Below, piece after piece: positions 53,531 to 64,000 of a DNA stretch of 64,000 nt. Under the pieces are notes generated by a model. That model was not told the DNA's origin and made no database searches. It saw nothing but the letters and a program-made list of their open reading frames with translations. The stretch covers positions 1,893,335 through 1,957,334 of the forward strand of contig LSRY02000009.1 in the NCBI GenBank assembly GCA_001643675.2, read 5' to 3'. How positions within the stretch are numbered: position 1 is the stretch's first letter; each line of letters starts with the position of its first letter. The position numbers and the translations under genes are program-made. Source of the DNA: Monocercomonoides exilis PA203. Lineage: Eukaryota > Protista > Preaxostyla.

Positions 53531-54344
53531 ACCCATTGAATATTTAAAATATCAAAAAACTGAAAATATTTGTTTGTTCGAATCTTGTGAAATTTTATTT
53601 TTAAATAATAAAAAATATTACTCAATGAAAACAAAAAAACAATATTTAAATATGAATGTTTTTTCATTGAACAAAAAATTAAATACAAGCGAACTGTTTT
53701 GTCGGTCGACTTGTCGAGCTGATGAAAAAATGTCGGTCTGTCGCAAAGGCCTAGTTTGATCTGACTTTTCATAATTTTTATTCAATAATTGAAAAGACAT
53801 GCGGATATCATTCATTTGAATAAGTGGATTACAGTATTTTAAATATTTAATAATTTTTTCTGGAAAAAATTTGACATGGTCCATAATTTTAAAATTCTAA
53901 GTTGATATTAAAGTGTAAATATTGCGAATTCAGCAAAGAAGACAATGTGTTGATTATGAACTTTTTTCACGTTCATGTGAATATTCGTTATACGAATTAA
54001 TGTGAACACTTGTTTATTTATCAACAGATAACACAGAAAAACCTTAAAGCAGATGATTATGATTTCGAAAAGTTTGAATACTTTATTACCATTTTTCACC
54101 CAAAGTCCTTAAAAAAAAAGCAGGTTTTTTATCTGCCTTTGAAACAGTTTGTGAAATGTTATATATCAAATTTGAAAGGAAACTGAGTTACTCGTATTTA
54201 TAGTAATTTCTTTATTAAATTCACTTTCAACAATTTATTCGGCTTTTGTTTTCTGGTGGCAAATGAAAAACAAAGAGAATTTTTCCAACAGTTATCATAT
54301 TCCATAAGATAAGTTATCAGCTTTTCATATTAAATATGTGTGAT

Positions 54345-54401
54345 TTCAAACTAGGTTAGGTTAGTGTCTGGGTGTTCACGCCTGGTTCTCCAAACCCTAA
54401 C
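54345..54401. repeat. Interstitial telomere-variant motif facing an inverted AAACCCTAAC
   Basis: TTCAAACTAGGTTAGGTTAG (54345-54364) is an exact 20-nt match to the telomeric variant; AAACCCTAAC at 54392-54401. Confidence 0.8.
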
Positions 54402-56550
54402 GTTATCAAAAAATCGAATATTGAAACATGGGTTTATATGAAAGAGGACATCTCAACAAATAAGTTTTTCATTGACAAAATTCGAAAATCTTCTTAAACT
54501 TATACGTAAATTCGTTTTTATATATGAAAAATCCAGTGTTTTTTTTGAACAAAATATCGAACTATATTCGAAATTTTGGGAGACAAAAACAAGAGCAGAA
54601 ACAAAAACGAAAGGAGAAAAAGACTTCGATTTGTCTGCAGTTTTATTGCTCCTTCACTTGAATTATAACGATTTTTTGTTCTTTCAGAAAACAATAAACA
54701 AATCTGCCTCATTACGCATGCTGCTTTGAGAAATATTAAATACGGTTTTATTCCTGTCTTTGTTGTTGAATCCCCAAACAAATACTACTGTGAAATGTTC
54801 ATCGAACATGAATATTGAAAAACACAAAAATATGACATTTTGGTGAATGAAATAAAACGAAACCATTATTAATGTTTTTCTGTGTGATCCAGAGAGGAAA
54901 TATAACAATAACGAAAAAAAATCTGTCAACTTGAAAAGAAACAACGATTTAAATACAGAAATATTGATTCTTATTGATAAACATATAAAAAAACAATAAT
55001 CAAAAAATTTCTGAAAATACAAGTTTATTGTCAAAAATTGAAAAACCATCAAAATTCGATAAAACTTCAATATTGTCAACTTTTTAATTATCATTCTAAC
55101 CGAACTGAAAATATTCTGAAAATTTTAAAACAAAAAATAACATCCAAAAATGATTTTTAAATTTTCAAAATACTTGTATTTATCTTTTTTTTCAAGAATT
55201 TTTGAAAACCACCCAAATTTCGAATTTTGATAAGAAAAAACATTTCAAGTTAACATATAACTTTATTTTTTAGCTTTCAGAAACATTGAAATAATATTTA
55301 AACTATTTAACATTATATTTGCACTCTCTGAAACAAATAATTGAGAAGCATTTGAGAAAATATTATATGAAAAACTTCCAATTTGGATAATAAATTTTTG
55401 TTTTATCAGTTAATCAACCATTCACATTTTATTAGCCTTGAGAGAAACTTCTCCAAATAAATAACATAATTTTTTGTCTTTTCGTTCTGGAATTTTTACA
55501 ATAATATTGAGTAATTATCAAGAATAGACATTCTCTTTTAAAAACAGCGAAAATAAATGAAGCGCAATTAATCACAGAATAAATGAATTAGAAAACATCA
55601 TGTGATTAATTTGTATAAAGTATTTTTTTCTATCAACAAACGAAAAAAGTGAAATCAAAGAAAATATACATGATTAAGAACGAAATACTAGTTTTAATAA
55701 GAAAAGAGAAAAAACTTATTGGAAAACTTCATGAAAATCATATGATTCACTTAGAAGAATAACTGGAATTAAAAACTTTTGGATTCATGAAATAGGAAAT
55801 TATAATCTTGAAAAAAGAAAGTGAATAATAAGTCAAGGAAAAACATACATTATCAACACTGGTTTTCACTTATTTGATGAGAAAATATATCAGACAGGTT
55901 CTTCATATTCAGGAAATGAGAAATTTGTGAGATGGTCACAAACACTTTTAAATGACATGCGAAATATTCAAAATCAGATGAAAATCGGATAGAAAGAATC
56001 ACAAGTTGTTCTCTTCATTTTCAATTGAATCCGTATGAAATGATAAATAAAATGAAAGGAAAAAAAATGAAATAAAGAACATATCATTTTGAATGACTCA
56101 GAACGATAAGATATTTATTACTCAATGATCATTTCCATTATTACGTTTTGAGAAATGATTATAAATAGCGAAGTTGAAAAAAGAAAAAGTTGATAGAAAA
56201 AGCAACAATTTTCTATTTGAGCAAATCGACTGCAAGTGAGTTTGTTTTTGATGCACTTTTATTTAATGTTCACAATGCTATTCATTGTATTTTTCTTTGA
56301 AGGAATCTAATTAATATTTGACATCATGCTTAGAAGAAGACAGCTTTTAAAAGAAAGAAGGTTTCAATAGAGTTTCGTTTTAATAATTTAATAGTTTTTA
56401 TTGTTCACAAAAGTCCGAAAACTGTGTTCATTAGAAGTTTGAAATAAAATTTCTTATTTTGAATACTTATTTAAAATCATATTTAAAGGAAGCATTAATA
56501 GCAAAAGAATAACGAGCGGAATAAAAAAGAAGGAAGAAGATCAGAAACCT

Positions 56551-57618
56551 GTGAGAGGAGAATTAGATCCAACAAATGATTCATTTTTTACTATGCCTCC
56601 ACTTTCACCTGTGAATGCTTCATCTCCTTTGCTTTCTCCTTTAATTACTCAACTTTTATCTCCAAGATCGCCAACTGTTTCAAGTCCTCCTCTTTCACCA
56701 CTGAGAAATTGCTCAAACGAACAATTTCAATCTTACGATGATATTTTGGCAACACCTTCGTTGATCAGAAATGAAGATCCAAGAAACAGTACATCAAGTC
56801 CTTGTGTTTTCAACAGAAATTTGAATGAAGAGGATATAGATTCAATTTCAACGTGGTTAATGAACCTTTCTGATGATGAAACAATACCAAAAATCAGATT
56901 CAACTCAACCACAGTTCGACAATATCCACTTCAAACATCATTGGAATCAATTCGAACATATGCACATCGCAGTATTTATCCGAGACCATTGTATTTTGTG
57001 AGAAAAGAAAACCTTGATGAGTTGTGCCTTCAAAAGAAAAAAAGTTTGAAAGGAGGAGTCAAAAATAACTTTATTTTCAACGAGGAAAGTGAACATCCTA
57101 TTGTTGAACATTCATCTTTATTGATTGACGAAACTCCTTCTGCCTCTTCTTCATCTTCCTCATCTTTTTCAACAAGTATTGAATCTGAAGATGAATACAA
57201 TTCATTCTTCCATGACGACGATGACAATGGAGAGAATGAATATGAAGAAGAAAAAATTGAAGAAGAAAAAGTTGAAGAGAAAGAAGAGGATAATATTCGA
57301 AAACAATTGTTTTTATTGAAAAGACAAACAATAGAAAATCATAATGAAGATTGTATCTGCAGAAATCAATCACCATTCCATTTTGAAGACTCAGATACAA
57401 ACTCAACCATTGCAACAACTGTCTCGTTATTAAAAAGTTCATCTGGATATCAGAGAAAAGTAAATGCGAAACATAATAATTCATCTGAGCTATCATTATC
57501 TTCATCTTCGTTGAATAATTCTTCATTACATTTGAAAGAACGATCAATTAAGGGGCTACCAGAAAGTTTAACTAGGTTAGGGTTAAATCTCACAAAAACT
57601 AGTAAAACTTTACTTTGA
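56551..57618 (+). CDS. Hypothetical Ser/Pro- and acidic-rich protein
   Basis: 355-codon ORF in AT-rich DNA; no recognisable domain; start uncertain. Confidence 0.5.
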   Translation: MRGELDPTNDSFFTMPPLSPVNASSPLLSPLITQLLSPRSPTVSSPPLSPLRNCSNEQFQSYDDILATPSLIRNEDPRNSTSSPCVFNRNLNEEDIDSISTWLMNLSDDETIPKIRFNSTTVRQYPLQTSLESIRTYAHRSIYPRPLYFVRKENLDELCLQKKKSLKGGVKNNFIFNEESEHPIVEHSSLLIDETPSASSSSSSSFSTSIESEDEYNSFFHDDDDNGENEYEEEKIEEEKVEEKEEDNIRKQLFLLKRQTIENHNEDCICRNQSPFHFEDSDTNSTIATTVSLLKSSSGYQRKVNAKHNNSSELSLSSSSLNNSSLHLKERSIKGLPESLTRLGLNLTKTSKTLL

Positions 57619-57817
57619 CAGGTTTTTGAGGCTTTCGACAATTTGAACTTTACTGAAAATTACGATATTTTACTCTATTAATCGTTTTGTGGACAAAACA
57701 CTGCAAAATTATATGTTTAATATATGTATTTTTATTAAAAATGATCCTATTCCCATTATAAAACCCTAACATAGTTATATTTGAATATTTCTTACTTATC
57801 TTTAATTATTCATTTAC

Positions 57818-59176
57818 ATGGAACAAGATTCAAACACTCAACAAACTGTTTTATCCTCTCCAACACAGAATTTTTCTTCGAATTTTTCGACTTCCTTCAC
57901 TTCTCCAAAACTTTCACAAAGTGACCCTTTTGAGGCAACCTCTGAGGTTTTTTTTATTTATATTAATTGAAATATTTTTATAATGTTGTAATATTTGTGT
58001 TTTGTTTACTTAAAATCAAAAAAAAAGCTGACGATGCAAAACATCGATTATCAGAAAGAAAAAGAAATGGAAACAAATGCACCAGATGAAGCTTATATTG
58101 CAAGAGAGGAAGTGTGCAAAAAAATGATGAAACTGATGCAACACTTCCTCTCCCCCACAAAACAAAAAACTCCACAAACACATCACTCTTCTCTCCCCTT
58201 CTCCACTCCTCTTCGAAATAATCCTTCTTTTTCTGTAATCTTAACACCTCACAAACCAACAAAAACACTCCTTCCAACACAAGAAATAAACTCTGCATCT
58301 GTTGAAAATAGAAAAGTGATATGTGAAAATGAAAAAGATGAAAAAATTGAAGAAAATTTTAACGAAAAAAGTGACTCTGACAATGATAGCTCTGATTACG
58401 ATTTGGATTTCTTGGATTCTTCCAGTGAATCTGAAGAAAATGAATTAGAAGAAGATATCATAGAAGAGAAAGCACATTCATCTATTGAAGAAAAGCAAGA
58501 TGAAAAAGAATTGGAACTGAAAATGAAATTATTGGACACTGATGTTTGTAATGACAGTGCTAAAAAAAGAAACAAGTATTTGATCGAAAGAGCTGACGTA
58601 TTGTCAGCAATGATAACTTCAGATAATACACATCATAACAATAGCTCTGATTCATCTCCCCCTCCCTCTTCTTCATCTTCATCCGCTTCTTCCTCCTCCT
58701 CATCCTTCTCCACATCCTCCTCCTCTACTGCAACAACATCCACCTCTCAATCACAACAGCTTTACGCCTCCCACGAATTTCCCACAAAGATGGACGCTGC
58801 TTTGAAGAGAGTGGGGAAAGAAGGTGTAAAACAATATATGAAAATAAGAACGCTGTGGTCAAAAGCCACTCAAAAGAAGCACGGTTGGGTAGAGAGGTTG
58901 CTTGTCAAGTTTGCGGAAGTTGTTGAAGAAAAACCGTGGCCACTTTCACCAGACCTCGCTCGAGCATTTGTTCTTTTCTGCGGAAAAGAATGCAAATATC
59001 CTCTTTCTTCGATAGGCTATATCATCGTTCCCTCCCTGAAAAGAATCAACATTGAAAGGAGAGGAAAAAAACTTAATAAGAAAACATACGTCGCTATGAG
59101 AGAAGCCGTGCGTTGTCTTCGTTTCGCTAGAAATGTGGAAAAGAACATAATGATAAGAGAGCCTAGGTTAGGTTAG
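57818..59176 (+). pseudogene. Tyrosine-recombinase-like gene (core-binding domain only), truncated by the telomere
   Basis: Exon 57818-57946 and a GT-AG intron 57947-58027 splice in frame to 58028. The C-terminal segment SKATQKKHGWVERLLVKF..PWPLSPDLARAFVLF..YPLSSI..SLKRI..REP resembles the N-terminal helical domain of DIRS/Crypton YRs. The stop codon is supplied by telomere repeat. Confidence 0.6.
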
Positions 59177-59223
59177 GGTTAGGGTTAGGGTTAGGGTTAG
59201 GTTAGGGTTAGGTTAGGTTAGGG

Positions 59224-59264
<41 letters not shown>

Positions 59265-61272
59265 GGTTAGGGTTAGGTTAGGGTTAGGGTTAGGGTTAGG
59301 GTTAGGGTTAGGGTTAGGGTTAGGGTTAGGGTTAGGGTTAGGTTAGGGTTAGGGTTAGGGTTAGGGTTAGGGTTAGGGTTAGGGTTAGGGTTAGGGTTAG
59401 GGTTAGGGTTAGGTTAGGGGTTAGGGGTTAGGGTTAGGGTTAGGGTTAGGGTTAGGGTTAGGGTTAGGGTTAGGGTTAGGGTTAGGTTAGGGTTAGGGTT
59501 AGGGTTAGGGTTAGGGTTAGGGTTAGGTTAGGGTTAGGGTTAGGGTTAGGGTTAGGGTTAGGGTTAGGTTAGGTTAGGGTTAGGGTTAGGGTTAGGGTTA
59601 GGGTTAGGGTTAGGGTTAGGGTTAGGGTTAGGGTTAGGGTTAGGGTTCAAACTAGGTTAGGGTTAGGGTTAGGGTTAGGGTTAGGTTAGGGTTAGGGTTA
59701 GGGTTAGGGTTAGGGTTAGGGTTAGGGTTAGGGTTAGGTTAGGTTAGGGTTAGGGTTAGGGTTAGGGTTAGGGTTAGGGTTAGGGTTAGGGTTAGGGTTA
59801 GGGTTAGGGTTAGGGTTAGGGTTAGGGTTAGGTTAGGGTTAGGGTTAGGGTTAGGGTTAGGGTTAGGTTAGGGTTAGGGTTCAAACTAGGTTAGGGTTCA
59901 AACTAGGTTAGGGTTAGGGTTAGGGTTAGGGTTAGGGTTAGGGTTAGGGTTAGGGTTAGGGTTAGGGTTAGGGTTAGGGTTAGGGTTAGGGTTAGGGTTA
60001 GGGTTAGGGTTAGGTTAGGTTAGGGTTAGGGTTAGGGTTAGGGTTAGGGTTAGGGTTAGGGTTAGGGTTAGGGTTAGGGTTAGGGTTAGGGTTAGGGTTA
60101 GGGTTCAAACTAGGTTAGGGTTAGGGTTAGGTTAGGTTAGGGTTAGGGTTAGGGTTAGGGTTAGGGTTAGGGTTAGGGTTAGGGTTAGGGTTAGGGTTAG
60201 GTTAGGGTTAGGGGTTAGGGTTAGGGTTAGGGTTAGGGTTAGGGTTAGGGTTAGGGTTAGGGTTAGGGTTAGGGTTAGGGTTAGGGTTAGGTTAGGTTAG
60301 GTTAGGGTTAGGGTTAGGTTAGGTTAGGGTTAGGGTTAGGGTTAGGGTTAGGGTTAGGGTTAGGGTTAGGGTTAGGGTTAGGGTTAGGGTTAGGGTTAGG
60401 GTTAGGGTTAGGGTTGGGTTAGGGTTAGGGTTAGGTTAGGGTTAGGGTTAGGGTTAGGGTTAGGGTTAGGGTTCAAACTAGGTTAGGTTAGGGTTAGGGT
60501 TAGGTTAGGGTTAGGGTTAGGGTTAGGGTTAGGGTTAGGGTTAGGGTTAGGGTTAGGGTTAGGGTTAGGGTTAGGGTTAGGGTTAGGGTTAGGGTTAGGT
60601 TAGGGTTAGGGTTAGGGTTAGGGTTAGGGTTAGGGTTAGGGTTAGGGTTAGGGTTAGGGTTAGGGTTAGGGTTAGGGTTAGGGTTAGGGTTAGGGTTAGG
60701 GTTAGGTTAGGGTTAGGGTTAGGGTTAGGGTTAGGTTAGGGTTAGGTTAGGTTAGGGTTAGGTTAGGGTTAGGGTTAGGGTTAGGTTAGGTTAGGGTTAG
60801 GGTTAGGGTTAGGTTAGGGTTAGGGTTAGGGTTAGGTTAGGGTTAGGTTAGGGTTAGGGTTAGGGTTAGGCTAGGGTTAGGGTTAGGGTTAGGGTTAGGG
60901 TTAGGGTTAGGGTTAGGGTTAGGTTAGGGTTAGGGTTAGGGTTAGGGTTAGGGTTAGGGTTAGGGTTAGGGTTAGGGTTAGGGTTAGGGTTAGGGTTAGG
61001 GTTAGGGTTAGGGTTAGGGTTAGGGTTAGGGTTAGGGTTAGGTTAGGGTTAGGGTTAGGGTTAGGTTAGGTTAGGGTTAGGGTTAGGTTAGGGTTAGGGT
61101 TAGGTTAGGGTTAGGGTTAGGGTTAGGTTAGGGTTCAAACTAGGTTAGGTTAGGGTTAGGGTTAGGGTTAGGGTTAGGGTTAGGGTTAGGGTTAGGGTTA
61201 GGGTTAGGGTTAGGGTTAGGTTAGGTTAGGGTTAGGGTTAGGGTTAGGTTAGGGTTAGGGTTAGGGTTAGGG

Positions 61273-61313
<41 letters not shown>

Positions 61314-63997
61314 GTTAGGGTTAGGGTTAGGTTAGGGTTAGGGTTAGGGTTCAAACTAGGTTAGGGTTAGGGTTAGGGTTAGGGTTAGGGTTAGGGTTAG
61401 GTTAGGGTTAGGGTTAGGGTTAGGGTTAGGTTAGGGTTAGGTTAGGGTTCAAACTAGGTTAGGGTTAGGGTTAGGGTTAGGGTTAGGGTTAGGGTTAGGG
61501 TTAGGGTTAGGTTAGGGTTAGGTTAGGGTTAGGGTTAGGGTTAGGGTTAGGGTTAGGTTAGGGTTAGGGTTAGGTTAGGGTTAGGGTTAGGGTTAGGGTT
61601 AGGGTTAGGGTTAGGGTTAGGGTTAGGGTTAGGGTTAGGGTTAGGGTTAGGGTTAGGGTTAGGGTTAGGGTTAGGGTTCAAACTAGGTTAGGGTTAGGGT
61701 TAGGGTTAGGTTAGGGTTAGGGTTAGGGTTAGGTTAGGTTAGGGTTAGGGTTAGGGTTAGGGTTAGGGTTAGGGTTAGGGTTAGGGTTAGGGTTAGGGTT
61801 AGGGTTAGGTTAGGGTTAGGGTTAGGGTTAGGGTTAGGGTTAGGGTTAGGGTTAGGGTTAGGGTTAGGGTTAGGTTAGGGTTAGGGTTAGGGTTCAAACT
61901 AGGTTAGGGTTAGGGTTAGGGTTAGGGTTAGGGTTAGGTTAGGGTTAGGGTTAGGGTTAGGGTTAGGGTTAGGTTAGGTTAGGTTAGGTTAGGGTTAGGG
62001 TTAGGGTTAGGGTTAGGGTTAGGGTTAGGGTTAGGGTTAGGGTTAGGGTTAGGGTTAGGGTTAGGGTTAGGGTTAGGGTTAGGTTAGGGTTAGGTTAGGT
62101 TAGGGTTAGGGTTAGGGTTAGGGTTAGGGTTAGGGTTAGGGTTAGGGTTCAAACTAGGTTAGGGTTAGGGTTAGGGTTAGGGTTAGGGTTAGGGTTAGGG
62201 TTAGGGTTAGGGTTAGGGTTAGGGTTAGGGTTAGGGTTAGGTTAGGTTAGGGTTAGGGTTCAAACTAGGTTAGGGTTAGGGTTAGGGTTAGGTTAGGGTT
62301 AGGGTTAGGGTTAGGGTTAGGGTTAGGTTAGGTTAGGGTTAGGTTAGGGTTAGGGTTAGGGTTAGGGTTAGGGTTAGGGTTAGGGTTAGGGTTAGGGTTA
62401 GGGTTAGGGTTAGGGTTAGGGTTAGGTTAGGTTAGGGTTAGGGTTAGGGTTAGGTTAGGGTTAGGGTTAGGGTTAGGGTTAGGGTTAGGGTTAGGGTTAG
62501 GGTTAGGGTTAGGGTTAGGGTTAGGGTTAGGGTTAGGGTTAGGGTTAGGGTTAGGGTTAGGGTTAGGTTAGGTTAGGTTAGGGTTAGGGTTAGGGTTAGG
62601 GTTAGGGTTAGGGTTAGGGTTAGGGTTAGGGTTAGGGTTAGGGTTAGGGTTAGGGTTAGGGTTAGGTTAGGGTTAGGGTTAGGGTTAGGGTTAGGTTAGG
62701 TTAGGGTTAGGGTTAGGGTTAGGTTAGGGTTAGGGTTAGGGTTAGGGTTAGGTTAGGGTTAGGGTTAGGTTAGGTTAGGGTTAGGGTTAGGGTTAGGTTA
62801 GGGTTAGGGTTAGGGTTAGGGTTAGGTTAGGGTTAGGGTTAGGTTAGGGTTAGGTTAGGTTAGGGTTAGGGTTAGGGTTAGGGTTAGGTTAGGGTTAGGG
62901 TTAGGGTTAGGGTTAGGGTTAGGGTTAGGGTTAGGGTTAGGGTTAGGTTAGGTTAGGTTAGGGTTAGGGTTAGGGTTAGGGTTAGGGTTAGGTTAGGGTT
63001 AGGGTTAGGGTTAGGGTTAGGGTTAGGGTTAGGGGTTAGGGTTAGGGTTAGGGTTAGGGTTAGGGTTAGGTTAGGTTAGGGTTAGGGTTAGGGTTAGGGT
63101 TAGGGTTAGGGTTAGGGTTAGGGTTAGGGTTAGGGTTAGGGGTTAGGGGTTAGGGTTAGGGTTAGGGTTAGGTTAGGTTAGGGTTAGGGTTAGGTTAGGG
63201 TTAGGTTAGGTTAGGGTTAAGGTTGGGGGTTAGGGGTTAGGGTTAGGGTTAGGGTTAGGGTTAGGGTTAGGGTTAGGGTTAGGTTAGGGTTAGGGTTAGG
63301 GTTAGGGTTAGGGTTAGGGGTTAGGGTTAGGGTTAGGGTTAGGGTTAGGGTTAGGGTTAGGGTTAGGGTTAGGGTTAGGGTTAGGGTTAGGGTTAGGGTT
63401 AGGGTTAGGGTTAGGTTAGGGTTAGGTTAGGTTAGGGTTAGGGTTAGGGTTAGGGTTAGGTTAGGTTAGGTTAGGTTGGGGTTAGGGTTAGGGTTAGGGT
63501 TAGGGTTAGGGTTAGGGTTAGGGTTAGGGTTAGGGTTAGGGTTAGGGTTCAAAGTAGGGTTAGAGTTAGGGTTAGGGTTGGGGTTAGGGTTAGGGTTAGG
63601 TTAGGGTTAGGTTAGGGTTAGGGTTAGGGTTAGGGTTAGGTTAGGGTTAGGGTTAGGTTAGGGTTAGGGTTAGGGTTAGGGTTAGGGTTAGGGTTAGGGT
63701 TAGGGTTAGGGTTAGGGTTAGGTTAGGTTAGGGTTAAGATTAGGGTTAGAGGTTAGGGTTAGGGTCAAACTAGGTTGGGGATTAGGGTTAGGGTTAGGTT
63801 AGGGTTAGGGTTAGGGTGGGGTTAGGGTTAGGGTTAGGGTTAGGGTTAGGGTTAGGTTAGGGTTAGAGGTTAGGGTTAGAGGGTTAAAGGTTAGGGTTAG
63901 GGTTAGGGTTAGGGTTAGGTTAGGGTTAGGGTTAGGTTAGGGTTAGGTTAGGTTAGGTTAGGGTTAGGGTTAGGGTTAGGGTTAGGGTTAGGGTTAG
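59163..63997 (+). repeat. Telomeric array, (TTAGGG)n with TTAGG and TTCAAACTAGG variants
   Basis: About 4.8 kb, with the G-rich strand running 5'->3' to the end of the window. Confidence 0.99.
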
Positions 63998-64000
63998 AAA

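Larger units (their letters stand above)
48354..53753. mobile_element. 5.4-kb non-autonomous hAT-type element
   Basis: Perfect 15-bp TIR TAGGCCTTTGCGACA (48354-48368 / 53739-53753) and perfect 8-bp TSD GTTTGATC (48346-48353 and 53754-53761). Subterminal GTCGGTCGA / CGACTGATCT repeats are present. Confidence 0.88.

Noticed and set aside
53750-53759. CCTAGTTTGA, reverse complement of the telomere variant core
   Set aside because: Fully explained as the junction of the hAT TIR end (GGCCTA) and its TSD (GTTTGATC).
54392-54401. AAACCCTAAC on the plus strand as the telomerase template itself
   Set aside because: Its flanks cannot template CAAACTAGG or TTAGG; kept only as part of the inverted-pair finding.
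59646-62269. CRISPR-like or short retroelement insertions in the telomere
   Set aside because: The unit is only 11 nt, the spacers are pure telomere repeat, and there is no coding content or TSD.
63190-64000. Diverse distal variants (TTAAGG, TTAGAGG, TTGGGG)
   Set aside because: Mostly sporadic and concentrated at the contig end; probably low-coverage read error.

Overview
AT-rich eukaryotic chromosome end: about 59 kb of transposon-dense subtelomere followed by about 4.8 kb of telomeric repeat (59163-64000). The gene families, short spliceosomal introns and standard genetic code suggest the oxymonad Monocercomonoides; this is my recognition, not a database result. The window holds three copies of a lineage-expanded helical-protein family, a decayed DIRS tyrosine-recombinase retrotransposon, two Merlin (IS1595/ISXO2-like) transposons plus a deleted derivative with a nested foldback MITE, and a 5.4-kb hAT-type element with no recognisable transposase. 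A set of related GGG...CCC-ended elements with 4-bp TSDs (0.29, 5.8 and probably 15.1 kb) looks Sola2-like. There is one apparently intact membrane-anchored 5'-nucleotidase-like gene, and a tyrosine-recombinase-like gene cut off by the telomere. Two results stand out. (1) The telomere mixes TTAGGG, TTAGG and a fixed TTCAAACTAGG unit (12 exact copies). One extended telomerase template, predicted as 5'-AACCCUAACCUAGUUUGAA-3' and used in three registers, explains all three units, the CTAGG telomere junction and two internal copies of the motif. (2) A Sola2-type transposase carries a ubiquitin-specific protease (peptidase C19) domain and sits inside a putative 15-kb cargo-carrying element.
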